A DNA stretch of 64,000 nucleotides. Source: Octopus vulgaris. Taxonomy: Eukaryota. The position numbers and the translations under genes are program-made. Positions 38,343 through 52,427 of the stretch are shown here, piece by piece. The notes below the pieces were generated by a model that ran no database searches, was not told the DNA's origin, and worked only from the letters and a program-made list of their open reading frames with translations. Numbering within the stretch: position 1 is the stretch's first letter; each line of letters opens with the position of its first letter. The stretch covers positions 8,060,001 through 8,124,000 of the forward strand of contig OX597836.1 in NCBI GenBank assembly GCA_951406725.2. Reading direction: 5' to 3'.

Positions 38343-39708
38343 CTTGAAATGACTTAAGCAGCATGGCTAAATAAACTTAATCCTACGTGTTTCTTCCATC
38401 ATATGGGCTAAAAATGCATTGAAGAGGACACTTTAAACTTTGACTCTAAGAAGAGCGAAATCGGTTAGTCAAATTTGATTTTCTTTTTCCTGTAAAAGCT
38501 CTTCGGTTAAACATGTACGAAAATTTATTCAGTATAACTTTTTTACAGATCAAGTTTTTCATAGGAAAACTTTTTTCTGTACGAAAACTTGTCAGTAAAA
38601 TATGTTTCTCTCTCTATTTTCGTGTATAAGACTCGCTTTGTGAAAATATACACTAATATTTTACAGTAAAACGTTTTTATGAAAACATTTTTAATGTGAA
38701 AACATATTTGCATCTTTATTTTCGTATATATAAATATGTAATAGCAATATTTTACCTTCTACTTAAAAAAAATAAAGCTTATTTTATTCAAATACAAATA
38801 TATACAGTTATATGCTCGTGCGCGCACACACAATGAAGGCAATGTACACAAAAAGAAAAGAAAACTCTGGAAGGAGACGTTTTATCAAAAGAACATTTAA
38901 CACAAAGGAAAAGTGCTTCAACGTTTTGGAACGCCAGTCCTTCATCGTAAAGATAGACAAGAAAGATAAAGGATATGTGTATGTGTGTGTATGCGTGTGC
39001 GCGTGTAGTGAGTCGTTTAGCACCAGGTCAGCTCTAGTCAAAGACATTTTAGCCTCGACCATTTCGTCTTATTTTCAAAAATATAGCATAGCTAGACCGC
39101 TCGCGAATGGTAATTTAAGGCTAAAATTCACAAATTTCCAGCCAAATATCGATGGAATAATAACTAATATTCTCCAAACACATATCTCACATTAGCTATT
39201 TTGACTATATCAATATAATATAACCAAATTTTTATTGTTCTTTACCAATTTTTTGAGAATTTTCATTAAATTTCTTTAAATATTTCCTATTTAAAATCGG
39301 TAAAAACACAAAAGAACGAAGGAATTATTGTTTTTATATTGAGAAATTTTCAATTAAATTTACTTTTTAATTTTATTTCAGGAATTTATATGATGGGGGT
39401 CCGATAAGTTATCAACGATCTCGTGAAAGGGTCAGTAATAATTAAGTTGTGTTGACCCCTATATAAAACAGGTCCGACTCCCGCAAAAAGCATAAACGTT
39501 GGTAGCATTAGCATGCTTTTGCGAATTATTTTAATGACTGAATAGTCTCAGATATAGGCACACTCTTAGCCTTCTCACTCATGACTAAGCGACACGTCCT
39601 TGGGGTAACAGATGGAGGAAGAGAGAGATGCACTAGCTCCTGGTTGGTACTTATCACAGTTGAGTGCGATAGAATAAAGCAATGTGGAATGATGTGCCTT
39701 GTTGGAAC

Positions 39709-39769
<61 letters not shown>

Positions 39770-39884
39770 TGTGAGTCATAATTTGTAGAATTTCTTTATT
39801 TAGTCTTTATTATTCCAACTGTCTGATGAACGGTCAAATAAAACTGATTAAAAGTTTGAAGTTTTAATTGGTTCTAATAAAATA

Positions 39885-40395
39885 GGAGTGGCTGTGTGGT
39901 AAATAGCTTGCTTACCAACCACATGGTGCCGGGTTCAGTCTCACTAGGTGGATCCTTTGTCCTCTTCTATAGCCTCGGGCCGACCAGAGCCTTGTGAGTG
40001 GATGTGGAAGGAGAAAACTGAAAGAAACCCGTCGTATACATTTTTGTAAATTCCAACTATATATATATTCTTTTTTTCTGTAGTTTCAGCTCAGAGCTGC
40101 GGCCATGCTGATGCACCGCCGTTATTTGAACTCAGAACTTCGCTAAGCATTCTGCCTGGTGGGCTAACGAGTCTGTCATATATATGTATATGTTTGTGTG
40201 TCTGTATTTGTCCCCACCTAACATCGCTTGACAACCGATGCTGGCGTGTTTACGTCCGCGTAACTTAGCGGTTCGGCAAAACAGATCGATAGAATAAGTA
40301 CTAGGTTTACAAAGAATAAGTCCTGGGGTCGATTTGCTGGACTAAAGGCGGTGCTCCAGCATGGCCGCAGTTAAATGACTGAAACAATTAAAAGA
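39885..40395 (+). mobile_element. SINE family A with nested insert (~40045-40180)
   Basis: ggagtggctgtgtggtaaatagcttgc head and ggcggtgctccagcatggccgcag tail. Confidence 0.85.
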
Positions 40396-40415
40396 ATACA
40401 TACATCCATACATAC

Positions 40416-40416
40416 A

Positions 40417-40486
<70 letters not shown>

Positions 40487-40487
40487 C

Positions 40488-40550
<63 letters not shown>

Positions 40551-40551
40551 C

Positions 40552-40586
<35 letters not shown>

Positions 40587-40587
40587 C

Positions 40588-40654
<67 letters not shown>

Positions 40655-40663
40655 CCTATCTAC

Positions 40664-40735
<72 letters not shown>
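40416..40735. repeat. (TATC)n microsatellite
   Basis: Direct inspection. Confidence 0.95.
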
Positions 40736-41249
40736 GTGTATATACTTCCATACACACTCATATCTGTGTCAAGCAAACAAAGAATTGTACATTTACTTTA
40801 AATATGTTAAATTATAGCTTTGAAATATTGATTGTATTATTATTGTGTTGTTGTGACAACTGACACACTGCAGCCTCAGTCAGCATAATTAGACTCAATT
40901 AGATGGAACACAAGTTAGTGAAGTGTAAACAAGCATTTAATTAAACTGTTATACATATGTGAATGTGTGTGTGTGTGTGTGTGTGTGTGGGTGTATGTGT
41001 TTGTAGGTATATGAATGCATATATACGCATTTATGTGTATACATATATATGTATATGGATACGTACACACATACATACAGATACATATATATATATACAT
41101 ATACATACAAATATATGTATACATATATGCGTGCATACGTATATACATACACGCATACCTTTAGATATATGCATACATATATACGCACATACATATGTAT
41201 GTATATGTACGTATGCATATATGTATACATACATACATACATACATACA

Positions 41250-41281
<32 letters not shown>

Positions 41282-41917
41282 CTCACACACACATATCTAC
41301 ATGTGTAGATATGTATACACATACATACATACATATACGCATACAAAAGTTTGCGCATGTGATTAAATGAATATATTAACTTATATCTTTATATTTATTT
41401 ATGTATTCATACGCACACACACATACATACACAAATACATATAAACACATGAACACACGCGTATATCTGTATAGATTGTGGTGGTAGGGGGTCCTCAATA
41501 TTACAATATTTCAACAACGCATTGACACGGAAGCAGTACTGCGAAAGATCGCCAGTTCAACCTATTGTCACGGTCTCGGTGAAGACGCTGTTACACTTAA
41601 CACTTCAGTTATTTTTTTTACCCCTATGGAGTTGGTGAAAACACTCATTTGTTTTCCCAAGGATATCGCCGGGTTCTTGTATGACCTATTCGAGATACAC
41701 GAGTCTAGTAGCAACGTAGGTTTGTATCGTTTGTCACTCTCGACTTTTGTCGTAGTATTCAACGGATGGCTAGCAACCTCCAGGATGAGTTATGGAACGT
41801 TTTGGCGAAGCCGTTTGGGAGATGCGTATTTGCCGTCGCTTATTCGACGCTGACTTATTTGACATTAAACGTTTTAATGTTTCTTCCGTCTTCCTGCTCA
41901 TCCTCCCCCCTTTTCCT

Positions 41918-41918
41918 C

Positions 41919-41995
<77 letters not shown>

Positions 41996-42073
41996 CCTAC
42001 CTACCTACCTACCTACCTACCTACCTATCTATCTATCTATCTATCTACCTACCTACCTACCTACCTACCTACA

Positions 42074-42107
<34 letters not shown>

Positions 42108-42195
42108 CCTACCTACCTACCTACCTACCTACCTACCTACCCACCTACCTACCTACCTACCTACCTACCTATCTATCTATCTATCTATCTATCTA
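41918..42195. repeat. (TATC)n/(TACC)n microsatellite
   Basis: Direct inspection. Confidence 0.95.
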
Positions 42196-42644
42196 ACTAT
42201 GTGTGTGAGTGTATTTCTTCCCTCCTTTCCTCTTCTTCCTGCTCCTTTCCCTCCTACTCCCACTCCTCTTGCTCCACCTCCCGCTTTCCTCTCCCCTCTC
42301 CTCTCCGTTCTCTCTCCCCCTCTCTCTCTATCTGTGTGAGCATATTTCTTTATATGTGTCTTGGGAGATGGAAAGTGTTTATATGAATCATGTTCAATCA
42401 CTAAATTGTAATGTGCCTTTCTCTCCCTCTTTCTTTATGTATGTGTATATTTCTGAGCGCGTATGTGTGCTTTTGCCTGAAGTGCCAAAAAGTACTCTGA
42501 AGTACCAAAACCATCTGAAGTTCAGTAAGTCGTACCAAGTCAAGAACCTCCAAACAACTGCGACCATTCGTCTGCGTTCAATCGTCTCATTTCGCCCAAA
42601 GATGGTGCTGTCAGCTGAAGCCTCAACAACGACAATATCTTTTA

Positions 42645-43165
42645 TCTTTTACTTGCTTCAGTCATTAGACTGCGGCCTGGTAGAATTTTAGTCGATCTAA
42701 TCGACCCCACTATTTATTTTTCCTAAAGCCTGGTACTTATTCCATCGGTGTCTTTTACTGAACCGCTAAGTTACGAGTGCGTAAACATACCAACACCGGT
42801 TATCAAGCGGTGGTGGGGGACAAACACAGAACAAAGACCCCCACCCACCCACATATATATACGACAAGCTTCTTTTAGTTTCCATCTACCAAATCCACTC
42901 ACAAGGCTTTGGTCGGCCCGAGGCTAAAGGAGAAGACACTTGCCCAAGATGCTACGCAGTGGGACCGAAACCAAGACCATGTGGTCGAGAAGCAAATTTC
43001 TTACCACACAGCCACGCTTTTTTTAGTTTCCGTCTACCAAATCCACTCACAATGCTTTGGTCGGCCCGAGGTTATAAAAGAAGACATTTGCCCAAGGTGC
43101 TACTCAGTAGGACTGAACCCAGGACCATGTGGTCGAGAAGCAAATTTCTTACCACACAACCACAC
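42645..43165 (-). mobile_element. SINE family A with tandemly duplicated head
   Basis: ctaccaaatccactcac...accatgtggtcgagaagcaaatttcttaccacac occurs twice (~42880-43010 and ~43030-43160). Confidence 0.85.
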
Positions 43166-43234
43166 AAGGAATAAATAAATAAACATCTGGCAAAAATAAA
43201 CATTTTCCAGGAGCGGAAGGGTTGTTGTAAAAGC

Positions 43235-43588
43235 TTATATGCTTGTAAAAATCAATAACTCATCAACAAAACCATAACCGACGACTGTAGAAGGACTATG
43301 AAAGACATAAACATGGTATGGATTGGATACTAGAAGGTTTTTGATATTGGTTTTCGCATGTGAACCCTGGAAGCGTTCCACACAAGCAAAGTAGTAGCAA
43401 TAATAAGCTGATACATTACACAGATCGTGATTGAATGTCAAGCAATTCTGTATACAGGCTAAAGAAATGATTTTAAAAACTAATCTCCAAGAAGAGTTTG
43501 AATAAATTGATGAATCTTGGTTAAAGGGGAAAACATTTGTCGTTAGTCCTTTCAATCTTGACCACACTTCAATTTCTTTCATGATAGC

Positions 43589-43637
<49 letters not shown>

Positions 43638-43930
43638 CTTCCTTTTGTGGTCAAAGGAAGAATTTGAGCGATCTTCGTGATGGAGTCGGCTGACTGATGA
43701 GCTCGTCCGAAACGCAGAGAGAGAGTTTGACGTAACACTACAAGCCGGCAAAGCTTCTGTGTGCATCGTGGACAAGTACGGATGACTTTACTCCTACCGC
43801 GCCTATAAAGTCTATCTTGAACTGATAACGCGCCCCAAGAGCACTGCAAGACCAAAGAATTCTGGATGTCGTTGATAATTCCGGGTCGAAATTCGTTTAA
43901 AATGTTTGTTCGTTTAATTTTCTTCAACGC
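43235..43930 (-). mobile_element. Tx1/L1-clade LINE ORF2 C-terminal remnant (zf-RVT region)
   Basis: QNSLVLQCSWGALSVQDRLYRRG...TCPRC...SADSITKI...AIMKEIEVWSRLKG. Confidence 0.75.
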
Positions 43931-45293
43931 TTAGAGTCTCACTGGATGGAACTTGTCGACTCTAATCCTCAATAAAATATGCTAACATAAAATTGCTGTA
44001 TTGCTCAGGTTGAAACATATGTAAGCACCTAACAACATTTCGAATGCTGGGCACCATATTCTTCATTCTACACCCTAGTCTTAACCATAACATTTCCGTC
44101 AAAGATATGAACTGTAGGAAAACATGTTTAACAAAAGGTGACAATAACCACCCGTTGTACAAGAACCTCTGTAGACATCTTAGTTCCAGTGCATAATTGC
44201 GAATCCTTAGCCACATCATATCGACTGTATTTTATTTTATCCAAAACCAAGGACTTTTCAGCACTCTAGTTTCTGGAGTAATGGATCAAAAGACAAAAGC
44301 ATCAAAAACGATCAGTGAAGCCCCTTTGATAATCTAACCTCCGAAAAGGGAAGCGAAACCAGCTGTAAAGAGAAAAGCGGCCAAGTAGCAACGGGATCGA
44401 TCATTGCAAAAAAGCTTCGGATGATCCAAGAGGATCAGCCCTATCGAAGTCTGTTTATTACTTGCCGTCTCTACAATGTATTGCATTAGGTGTAAGTTCA
44501 CAAACACTTTGACTAAAATTTCAAATTCAACTTTCAATAGAATTATGGTCCTGAAATTATCAGTAGATTATACTTCCTCGATTCAACTCAGTGTATTTTC
44601 TGATTCATAACTCACACTGTATTGGTGCTCCATAGGTTTTTTTTTCACGGAGAAAATACCTGGTGGTATGTGCTGGGTTCAAATTTCGCCGAAGTTAACT
44701 TTGCCTTTTTGGATCAACAGAATAAGGTACAAGTCAAATACTAGGAATGATGGAATCCACTAAGCACCTCCTGCCAAATTTCATGCCTTGCACTTGTATA
44801 AGAAAATAACTTTGTATACCCATGGATTAGGTTTCAACCTTTATTTAAGGGCTTTCCAGACATGACCATGCTTCTATTTATGAGCTATCGAATATGCATT
44901 GCATAATCCAATGTTTCTCCGTGAATATTTCTTAGTGGTCGGTCGATCTGCATGAAATAGCAGCCAACTCTCCCTCAAATGCAACTACCGTTTTGAAGGC
45001 TACTACAGCAAGAAGTGGGATAATGTCAAGTAGGAGGAGGGTACTTGACAAGTTAGAAAACATGAAGAAAAAAAAAATAGTGACTTCTGACTCATCTTAG
45101 CTAGAAATATAACAGTTTTGACCCAGATTCTCGCCATAACATATTTACTTCTTAGTTTAGAATAAGTCAATTGGTGTCTTCATTTATTCTTTATACTTTC
45201 ATATTCATACACAATTAAACATACTCTAATATTTCCCCTACTTTGCTATAATTATACGCTCCCGTACACACGTACGTATACATACATACATAC

Positions 45294-45334
<41 letters not shown>

Positions 45335-45401
45335 CACACACACGCACAAACACACACACACGCACACATATTGGTACTCCGTCGCTTACGACGATGAGTG
45401 C

Positions 45402-45460
<59 letters not shown>

Positions 45461-45494
45461 GTCCATAAAGTTACTATACAGTTAATTGAAAACA

Positions 45495-45950
45495 ACTCTA
45501 TGATACGGTTGCTGAGGCATTTGTAAGAAGCCCAAAGAAATCAATTCGCCGTGGTAATTTAGAAATTGGCATCAAACTAACATACTGTAACAAACTTTGG
45601 TATACAAGCCTGGATCAAGGTTAGCAAACGCATCAATAATGAACTGCAGAAGATCTTCAATACTTCTTGGTTTCCTTGACTTACAAACTATTCGCAAATT
45701 TGAGACCTTACATTCCGCGCCTAATTCATGGACTTCTGGAGGATGATCCTGATCGCAGGTCTCAAATTTGCGAACAGTTTGTAAGTCAAGGAAGCCAAGG
45801 CGTATTGAAGATCTTCTGCAGTTCATTATTGATGCGTTTGCTAACCTTGATCCAGGCTTGTGTACCAAAGTTTGTTACAATGAGCTTTCACGTTGTCGAG
45901 AATGCATTGAAGTTAATGGCTTACAATCTGAACATTTATCATAACCGTAG
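45495..45950 (+). mobile_element. Internally deleted Tc1/mariner-superfamily (Tc3-like) transposase remnant with inverted duplication
   Basis: DTVAEAFVRSPKKSIRRGNLEIGI; PYIPRLIHGLLEDDPDRRSQICEQF; KPRRIEDLLQFIIDAFANLDPGLCTKVC...CRECIEVNG..SEHL*. Confidence 0.8.
45586..45879. repeat. 123-bp inverted repeat with 48-bp spacer
   Basis: Arms 45586-45708 and 45757-45879; 5 mismatches counted by eye. Confidence 0.95.
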
Positions 45951-46394
45951 TAAATGAAATTGATTGCTTATATTGTTAGAATATTTTCTGATGTAATACA
46001 TATATTTCTTGAAAATCTTTTTTGGTCAAACCATGATATTTCTTTATTACAAATAACTGTATATTAACTTTACAGACACTGTATATATACAAATGTATAT
46101 ATATATACCCCGAGCGTCAAACTAATACACTTACTTGTTGTTCCTTCACCTGCCTTCGTCTTCTGTGTATGTACGTACGTACGTATGTATGTACGTACGT
46201 ACGTATGTATGTATGTATGTATGTATGTATGTATGTATGTATGTATGTATGTATTTATGTATGTATGTATACACTCACGTCTTGGCATACACACACGTCA
46301 TAAACAAGCAGTTCTCCTGTGACACGCATAACATCGATTAGCATATTTGCCTTTGACTCAACCGGAACCAATCAAGAATAACTATGCAAGTCAT

Positions 46395-46434
<40 letters not shown>

Positions 46435-46565
46435 TTCGCTTTCTCTATCTCTATTATTCTATCTAACTATCTATCTATCTATCCCTGTCTCCCCCTCTCT
46501 CTCTCCTTCTCGCTCTCACTTTCTCTCTCTTTGTATATATATATTATATGTATAGATATAGATAT

Positions 46566-46620
<55 letters not shown>

Positions 46621-46639
46621 TAGATATAGATATAGATAT

Positions 46640-46711
<72 letters not shown>

Positions 46712-46816
46712 AGATATAGCTATATACATATATATATATATATATATAGATAGATAGATAGATATAGATATATACATATATATATATATATACATACATA
46801 CATATATATATATATA

Positions 46817-46876
<60 letters not shown>

Positions 46877-46882
<6 letters not shown>

Positions 46883-47079
46883 AAAAATAGAATTTGAAAA
46901 TGCACTAAGAATAATTAAAATATGTTGTTATTAATATATTTAAGGCTTTAATCGGTTTCACAGTTTACACAGCTATTGAAAACCAGTGTAAAAAGTGAAA
47001 TTGGTTAAAGCTTTAAATATATTAATAACAATATATTTGAATTATTCTCAGTGCATTTTCAACTTCTATGTTTCCTATA
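46877..47079. repeat. ~200-bp imperfect palindrome between (TA)n and (CA)n
   Basis: tataggaaaaatagaatttgaaaatgcactaagaataatt... inverted as ...aattattctcagtgcattttcaacttctatgtttcctata. Confidence 0.9.
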
Positions 47080-47081
47080 CA

Positions 47082-47150
<69 letters not shown>

Positions 47151-47204
47151 GTGCGCGCGCGAACACACACACACAGACACATATATATATATATATTTAT
47201 ATAA

Positions 47205-47361
47205 CTGGTACTCCGTCGGTTACGACGTTGAGGATTCCAGATGATCCAATCAACGTAGCACCCTGCTCGTGCAATTAACGTGCAAGTAACTGAACATTCC
47301 ACAGGCACGTGTGCCCTTAACCTAGTTCGCAGAGAGATTCAGTGTGACACAGAATGTGTGA

Positions 47362-47399
<38 letters not shown>

Positions 47400-47585
47400 G
47401 TCCCCCACCACAGCTTGAAAACGGTGGTTGTGCGTTTACGCGCGCATAACTTAGACTTTCGGCAAAAGAACCGATAGAATAATATAAGGCTTTAAAAAAA
47501 AAAGTACTGGGGTCGATTCATCCGAATAAAAATTCTACAGGGTGGTACTCCAGCATAGCCACAGTCCAATGACTGAAACAAGTAA
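47205..47585. mobile_element. SINE C tail (minus) followed by SINE A 3' half (plus)
   Basis: actccgtcggttacgacg...cagtgtgacacaga; then ggtggtactccagcatagccacagtccaatgactgaaacaagt. Confidence 0.75.
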
Positions 47586-47915
47586 TACGCACACACACAC
47601 ACATACACAGACATACATACACACGCGCACACGCACACATACATACACAGACATACACACACGCGCGCACACACACACATACACAGACATACACACACAC
47701 GCGCACACACACACATCTTGACGTTTGTTTTTATGCAAGGTTAAATGCAACAATAGTTTAACATCAAACTGAAAGATCACTGAGTACTTTTTAATAGTGT
47801 ACATACATATTTATTAATTTATAAAAGAAAAATGTCGACAATGACTTTAAATTTTCGGCTTACAAGAAAGAGAGACAGATGCATGTGTAAGCATCTGTGT
47901 AACCATACATGCACA

Positions 47916-48010
<95 letters not shown>

Positions 48011-48019
48011 ATCTATATA

Positions 48020-48245
48020 TTTTTACTACCCACAAGGGGCTAAACACAGAAAGGACAAACAAGGACAGATAAACGGATTAAGTCGATTACATCGACCCCA
48101 GTGCGTAACTGGTACTTAATTTATCGACCCCGAAAGTATGAAAGGCAAAGTCGACTTCGGCGGAATTTGAACTCAGAACGTAGCGGCAGACGAAATACCA
48201 CTAAGCATTTCGCCCGTGTTAACGATTCTGCCAGCTCGCCGCCTT
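48020..48245 (-). mobile_element. SINE family B
   Basis: Reverse complement of 38008-38240, high identity. Confidence 0.85.
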
Positions 48246-48673
48246 TTATATATATATATATATCACGTGATCACGTGACCGACCAGACCATCAGATGTTG
48301 TTACACATCGCTGGTCACAATGCGTTCGCATTAGTTTAGCCTTTGAATGATGCCACCCCGCTGGCTAAGCGAGTAGGCCAATATATATATATATATATAT
48401 ACAAAGAGAGGGTGAGAGAAAGAGAGAAGTGAGAAAACGAGAAATTCGTACCTATATAGAGTCTAAATCCATATATGCATGCGTATATACATACGAAGAT
48501 ACGTATACATATACACCCACTTATATATGCATACATAAAAATACACTCGCACATACACATATATACACTAAGATATAACAGATAACTGCACACACACACA
48601 CACACACAGATACTCATGTGCACGAACACACACATATACATACATACACACAACTGGTATTTGCATCAAGCTA

Positions 48674-48711
48674 TTTCCCTATCTAAGGTTTCAAAATCTT
48701 AGATAGGGAAA
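48674..48711. repeat. Short hairpin (14-bp perfect arms)
   Basis: TTTCCCTATCTAAG gtttcaaaat CTTAGATAGGGAAA. Confidence 0.9.
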
Positions 48712-49610
48712 AGCAAAATCAAGGATGGCCACAGACAACCGGACTTTATCCTAAGCGACCATCCTTAAGAGAAATACGAAATACGGAATGAAATAACTTT
48801 GTGTGTAATCAGATAAAATATCACAGGGGTGTATTACAAGGAGACAATCTTTCTGTTGTGCTATTTATAAAAGCAGTGAGTATCCGTTATCAGTTTGGTT
48901 GAGGAAGCCTAAAAGAAGGAAATGTGATTAACTCAAATGAATACAGAAATACCTATTTGAGATACAAGTTTCTTGGTAGATGAAATAAAATTGTTTTCTA
49001 GAAATTTATATAACAAAAAAGGGGAAAATGCTTTTGGCCTGGTCACCGAATTTTCAGAAGATACTAGGATGGGGTTTTGCTAAAGATAAGTGTTCCTACC
49101 TCTCCTTAAAATATACTTTCACTGGAGCCAATACAGAAGCCTGTTCGAGGGCATTCAGGCATTCGAAATCTTTTTGAAATCATGTGCTATATATATATAT
49201 GGAAGGGTAGAGTAGATAAAGTACCCCTAAGTATAACGTACATAAAAAATGATAAAAGGATGTGCCGTTTGGACCGTCTTGGATCAGAGATGGTTTGGAA
49301 CCATCAACAACAATAAGATGCCATCATTTACAATCTTTCACTTGCCTGACAGTCTCGTTATATTCTATATATACGTGCACTAATACATACATATAAACAT
49401 ATGTATGCGTATGTATGCACACATACATACATTCGGAACGTAAAAGATTTTATCACCTTCCCGAGCGTTAAACTAATACACCTGTTTTTTGTTTATACAC
49501 GTGTCTTCGTCTTTTGTTTTTCTGTAAATTTATATATACATGGCGGTGCCCCAGCATGGCCACAGCTCGTGAGATGAAACTAGATCAAATGAAAAAAAAT
49601 ATATATATAT

Positions 49611-49935
49611 TCTTTTACTTGCTTCAGTCATTAGACTGCAGCCTTACTGGGCACCGCCTTGAAGAATTTTTTGTCGAATAAATCTACCTCAGTACGTAAT
49701 TTTTTTAAAGCTTTGTACTTATTCTATCGGTCTCTTTTGCCGAACTGTAAGGTGGCGGAGACGTGAGCACATCAACACCAGTTGTCAAACTGTGGTAGGA
49801 GACAAACTTACACAGACAAACACAGACCAAATCCACTCTCAAAGCTTTGATCAGCCCGAAGCTATAGTAGAGGACACTTGTCCGAGGTGCCACGCAACGG
49901 GACTGAATCTGGAACCATAAGGCTGGAAAGCAAGT
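49611..49935 (-). mobile_element. SINE family A
   Basis: cttttacttgcttcagtcattagactgc...gggactgaatctggaacc. Confidence 0.8.
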
Positions 49936-49983
49936 TTGAGTCTTACCAAACATGCACACCTGTAAACACACACCTGTATGCAA

Positions 49984-50019
<36 letters not shown>

Positions 50020-50349
50020 GCATATGTATATATGTATGTATTATGTATGTATATACGCACACGTACACACTCACATACGTTACTGTTGGCAATGCATTGG
50101 TTTCTGTTTAGTTTTAACCTAGTTCTCCATAAAACCGTTTGGTTTGGAGTGAAACTGTTTTATTCAATCAATCATTGTCATGTCTCACATAACGGTGGAT
50201 TTTCTGTGATTTAACGAAGGTATTTTGCCTTAGACTGTCTTTGATTTTGGGGGCTTCTTTCTTTCTTTCTTTCTTTCTTTCTGTTATATTGTATTCTGTA
50301 GTATATTATGTCTCTCTTCTTTTGATTTGTTTTATTTCTTTACATTTCT

Positions 50350-50816
50350 GTATATTCGTTGTCAATCTCATAAACCCTAGAAGGTTAAAAGAAAGAGACG
50401 AAGTGATCTCGACGACGAACTCAGTCGATAAACGCTTTTGTACTGCATGCGGCAGATGTTCAAAATGACTCCATAGATGAGTCATATACGGACGTTGGAT
50501 AGGTGCATGCAGAACGGTTTCGTCGTTCTGCACGCCATTTAGACAAACACATTTGACGCAGTAGTTCAGAGGTACAGCTGGGGTAAGGATAGGCTGAAAT
50601 ACTGGTCCACTCTCGGGAAACGCTTTTATGAAGGCAACACTTTTGGATCTGCTGTATAAGCCTGTATAAAACTTGAGATCCAGTGGTCGGGCGGAAAATT
50701 CAACGGTTGCTCCGCGAAATATGCACTTTAGCTTAGCCTTTAAATTAACACTGAATATCTATGAAACCTCTTGCATCTTCTCTTTGCCTCGATAACCAGA
50801 CGGAAATCAACCAGTT

Positions 50817-50890
<74 letters not shown>

Positions 50891-51035
50891 ATTTTCTTTC
50901 CCGGCCAGCGGAAGCGTTTGAGCGATCTTCGTGATGGAATCAGCTGACAGACGAGTTCGTCCTACACGCAGAGAGAGAGTTTGACGTGACACTACAAGTC
51001 AGCAAGGCTTCTGTGTGCATCTCGGACATGCCCGA
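50350..51035 (-). mobile_element. Tx1/L1-clade LINE C-terminal remnants
   Basis: QNDETVLHAPIQRP...LWSHFE; 50890-51030 is homologous to 43634-43780. Confidence 0.7.
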
Positions 51036-51203
51036 TTCCATCACTGGTATTTTATATTATCTAATGACATCGAAAGGATGAAAGACAAACATGATCACGG
51101 CAGGTTGTGATCACATGACCACTTAGATCTATAACACGCGAACAATCAGCATGAAACATTCAATAAGGTAGATATAATTCATATCGCTAATACAAATACT
51201 TAA

Positions 51204-51368
<165 letters not shown>

Positions 51369-52380
51369 TGATGAGGATGCCGGTACGTTAAGTGATGTCT
51401 GTTCATGATGCATTTTAAAAGTAAGTAAAGTCCTTGCCCACAACCAACCCGACTCTCTGAACAACGATGACAGATTCCTCCAAAAGAAGAACTAGTTAAC
51501 GTCATTGGCTGCAGTCGAGTTGCAGGTTTTACATAAGAGATTTCCTTCTCCTAGAGTGACGTTCTATTAAGACTAAGGGGTCTCTCATACCCAGCAATGT
51601 AGTACACTATGTCTACACTCTCATTCTCATGTTTTTTTTTGCTGACTGAATCTGTTGTGCCTGCCCATTATTGAAAATATGTCAATCCTCTGTGCAACCG
51701 CTGTGTTTTGTGCACCAAAGCCACCAGTTTGTCGATGATTGCTGCAGGAATTCCGCAGTAGAAATAATAGGAACAAGCTTGTGTACATAGTATTGTCGGC
51801 CATTGACAGGTTTTGTTTTTCATTCTGTTGGGTGTCCAATCACTCTCTTCATTGAGCAAGCTGAGTGGGATTGCCAGTTTAGTCATCGACGACCCGACCA
51901 TGCAGCCTGTTGTACTGGATTACATGTTACCAGTAGCGCTCACAAGCGACCTGACTCATGTACTATATATGTATCAGGCAGTTTATATACATGTAACACA
52001 CACACACAATTACACACATACACACACATGTATATGTATATATTACAATTTGCATCGTGCCAAACGATACATACACGCACAAACACACACATACACGTGC
52101 ACGTAACACATACAAGTGGTTAAGAGTTGCATTAAACGTCACAAGGTATTTTGTTCGACGCGCTAACGGTTCTATCATTTGACCACTCATAAGGTATCTC
52201 GGACCGCATAATAATTGCCTAATTTCTTCTTCCCAATTTTTCTAAGTGTGTAGTGTATGATATTGGATGGGGACGAGTGGAATTAGCTACTATTTCTTAC
52301 AGATCGAACAACGTTGTAGAGATTCTTCCATCGATGCTTTGTCTGAGAAGTGTTAACAAGATGAATAATAAGAACTTACA

Positions 52381-52427
<47 letters not shown>

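Noticed and set aside
43692-43716. CTGATGA-GCTCGTCC-GAAAC hammerhead-like word
   Set aside because: No stem I/III or cleavage triplet. It lies antisense in Tx1 coding sequence, and the paralogue at ~50945 lacks the motif.
51620-51960. Complex sequence with several short ORFs
   Set aside because: Minus-strand fragments (IQYNRLH...DWTPNR) look like a decayed RTE C-terminus; too degenerate to call either as a gene or firmly as a TE.
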